A DNA stretch of 62,904 bases, filler included, from Atractiella rhizophila (taxonomy: Eukaryota), in the NCBI GenBank assembly GCA_021432655.1. It is 10 parts of 6 records of this genome, joined end to end, with 100 filler letters (N's around TTAATTAATTAA, not from the genome) between each part and the next. Parts side by side here need not be neighbours in the genome. Positions count along the whole stretch, not along the records: positions 61,753 to 62,904 come from MU271197.1; 9 more parts are not named here. One strand, given 5' to 3'. Every line of letters begins with the position of its first letter. The first letter of the stretch is position 1. A program made the position numbers and the translations under genes. Of this stretch, positions 61,784 through 62,904 are shown piece after piece. The notes under the pieces were generated by a model. The model was not told the DNA's origin. It saw nothing but the letters and a program-made list of their open reading frames with translations, and did not search any database.

Positions 61784-62904
61784 CTACTTTTTCGTCTCCT
61801 CCCAAGTATTGAAAACCAGATCATAGCCCTCAAACTCATATCTAATCCTCTCCCTCTTCCCAAACCCATCCACGCGAACCTTCTTCCAATCCACATCTCC
61901 CTCCTCCTCTTCTTCCTGTCGTTCGACAAACCAAGTCACAACAATCCGTCCAGGCCTGAAAATTTTGACGACCCGATTGATTGTCTCTTCGATCTCACTG
62001 ACGGAGGTAAAACATTGATTCGTTTCGTAAGAGGCATATGTGTGTTCGCGAGGGGAGGGTGTGACGTGAATCGAGTAGTAAAAGTCTTCTCCTCCCTTGT
62101 CTTTAGCTGAATCTTCTGAAGGAGCAGATGAGACGAGAGCGTTTGCGGAGTACCCGCAGGGCTCGAAGAGGAAACTGTCTAGTTTGGTGATGTATTTCTC
62201 TGGGGAAGAGATGCGATCGATACCGAGGTGTTGAGAGACTTCTGTGCCTAGTACATGACCGATAGAAGGAGATGGATTAGAGGATGGGGAGATAGGGGAT
62301 GGGAGGATAGGGGAGAGAGGTGGTTGGAAGAAGTTTTTGCAGTGATCGTCATCTAGGTCAGACATGAGAATTTCTAGCGTTTGATCTTGCAATCGTGGAG
62401 AAGAAGCTGGATTTATGCCGATTTTGAGAGGAGAAGGCGGGAAAGGCGTGGAAGTGAGATACAGAAGCCAATGCTCTCCATTCATGGGTCCAACAGTGTA
62501 TGCCGATCCATTTTCTGAATCTATCATCAGCTACAGAGGTCTATGCTAGATAGAAATCACAGACCAAATATCTTGTCTAGAAACTCGACCTCTGTCTGCC
62601 AATCTTTGTGCGGTCCTTCTTGCTTCTCGGGAAACATAAAGGTCTTTCTAGAATAGAAGAGACGATAAACAACTTCGAGTCCGCACGATTGTTTTGCGAT
62701 CTGGAGCAAGCGTTCAAGGCCCAGCAAAAGAGTGGTAGTGCCGCATGTTTTCAAGACTAGCTTGTGAGGATAGACAAACATGCTCGACTCGCTTGAGTGC
62801 CAGAGTTGAGCTCAATCAGTACCACATCCTGTTCCCGAAAATTTGAAGAACGCTTACCTGAGTAGATAAGCGTCCACTCCATTTCCCTTGAGAACAGAAA
62901 GCAC
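61784..62904 (-). CDS. SPE2: S-adenosylmethionine decarboxylase proenzyme, 5' end outside the window
   Basis: DAYLLS|ESSMFVYPHKLVLKTCGTTTLL (pyruvoyl cleavage site and catalytic Cys), FYSRKTFMFPEKQ, DQTLEILM, FEPCGYSANAL, YYSIHVTP. Confidence 0.96.

Noticed and set aside
58150..62904. Polyamine/GABA gene cluster (permease + SPE2)
   Set aside because: The genes are on different contigs separated by linkers.
1..62904. tRNA, rRNA or CRISPR loci
   Set aside because: No cloverleaf, rRNA-like or repeat-spacer pattern was seen by eye; a tRNAscan-SE/Infernal run is needed to exclude intron-containing tRNAs or snoRNAs.

Overview
Intron-rich fungal genomic DNA, probably a basidiomycete (inferred from intron style and gene families; species not determined). 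The window is not one locus. It is 10 contigs joined by artificial 100-nt linkers (44 N + TTAATTAATTAA + 44 N), plus one 148-N gap, so adjacency across linkers has no biological meaning. Host genes, most reconstructed across introns that the ORF track misses: a Nab2-type tandem CCCH zinc-finger protein, a CENP-B-type double-HTH protein without a DDE domain, a Med19/Rox3-like Mediator subunit, a DUF6534-type membrane protein, FAR11/STRIP (3' part), an acyl-CoA dehydrogenase (3' end), an MFS sugar porter, an F-box protein, PNS1/CTL, a Zn2Cys6 factor, a HAD phosphatase (5' interrupted), an APH-fold probable pseudokinase, an APC amino-acid permease (5' part) and SPE2 (3' part). The region 34.8-56 kb is mostly transposon relics: an internally deleted Helitron, a pogo-like relic, LINE fragments, an LTR pair with a micro-inversion, a fully bounded hAT element and a decayed DUS1 copy. 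The best hidden signal is a Helitron 3'-terminus motif (hairpin, 9-10 nt spacer, CTTG|T) present three times. One copy lies in the long intron that separates a Zn2Cys6 domain from the 12-nt micro-exon carrying its sixth cysteine, and one interrupts the HAD gene. I cannot demonstrate a wholly new biological system from the sequence alone.
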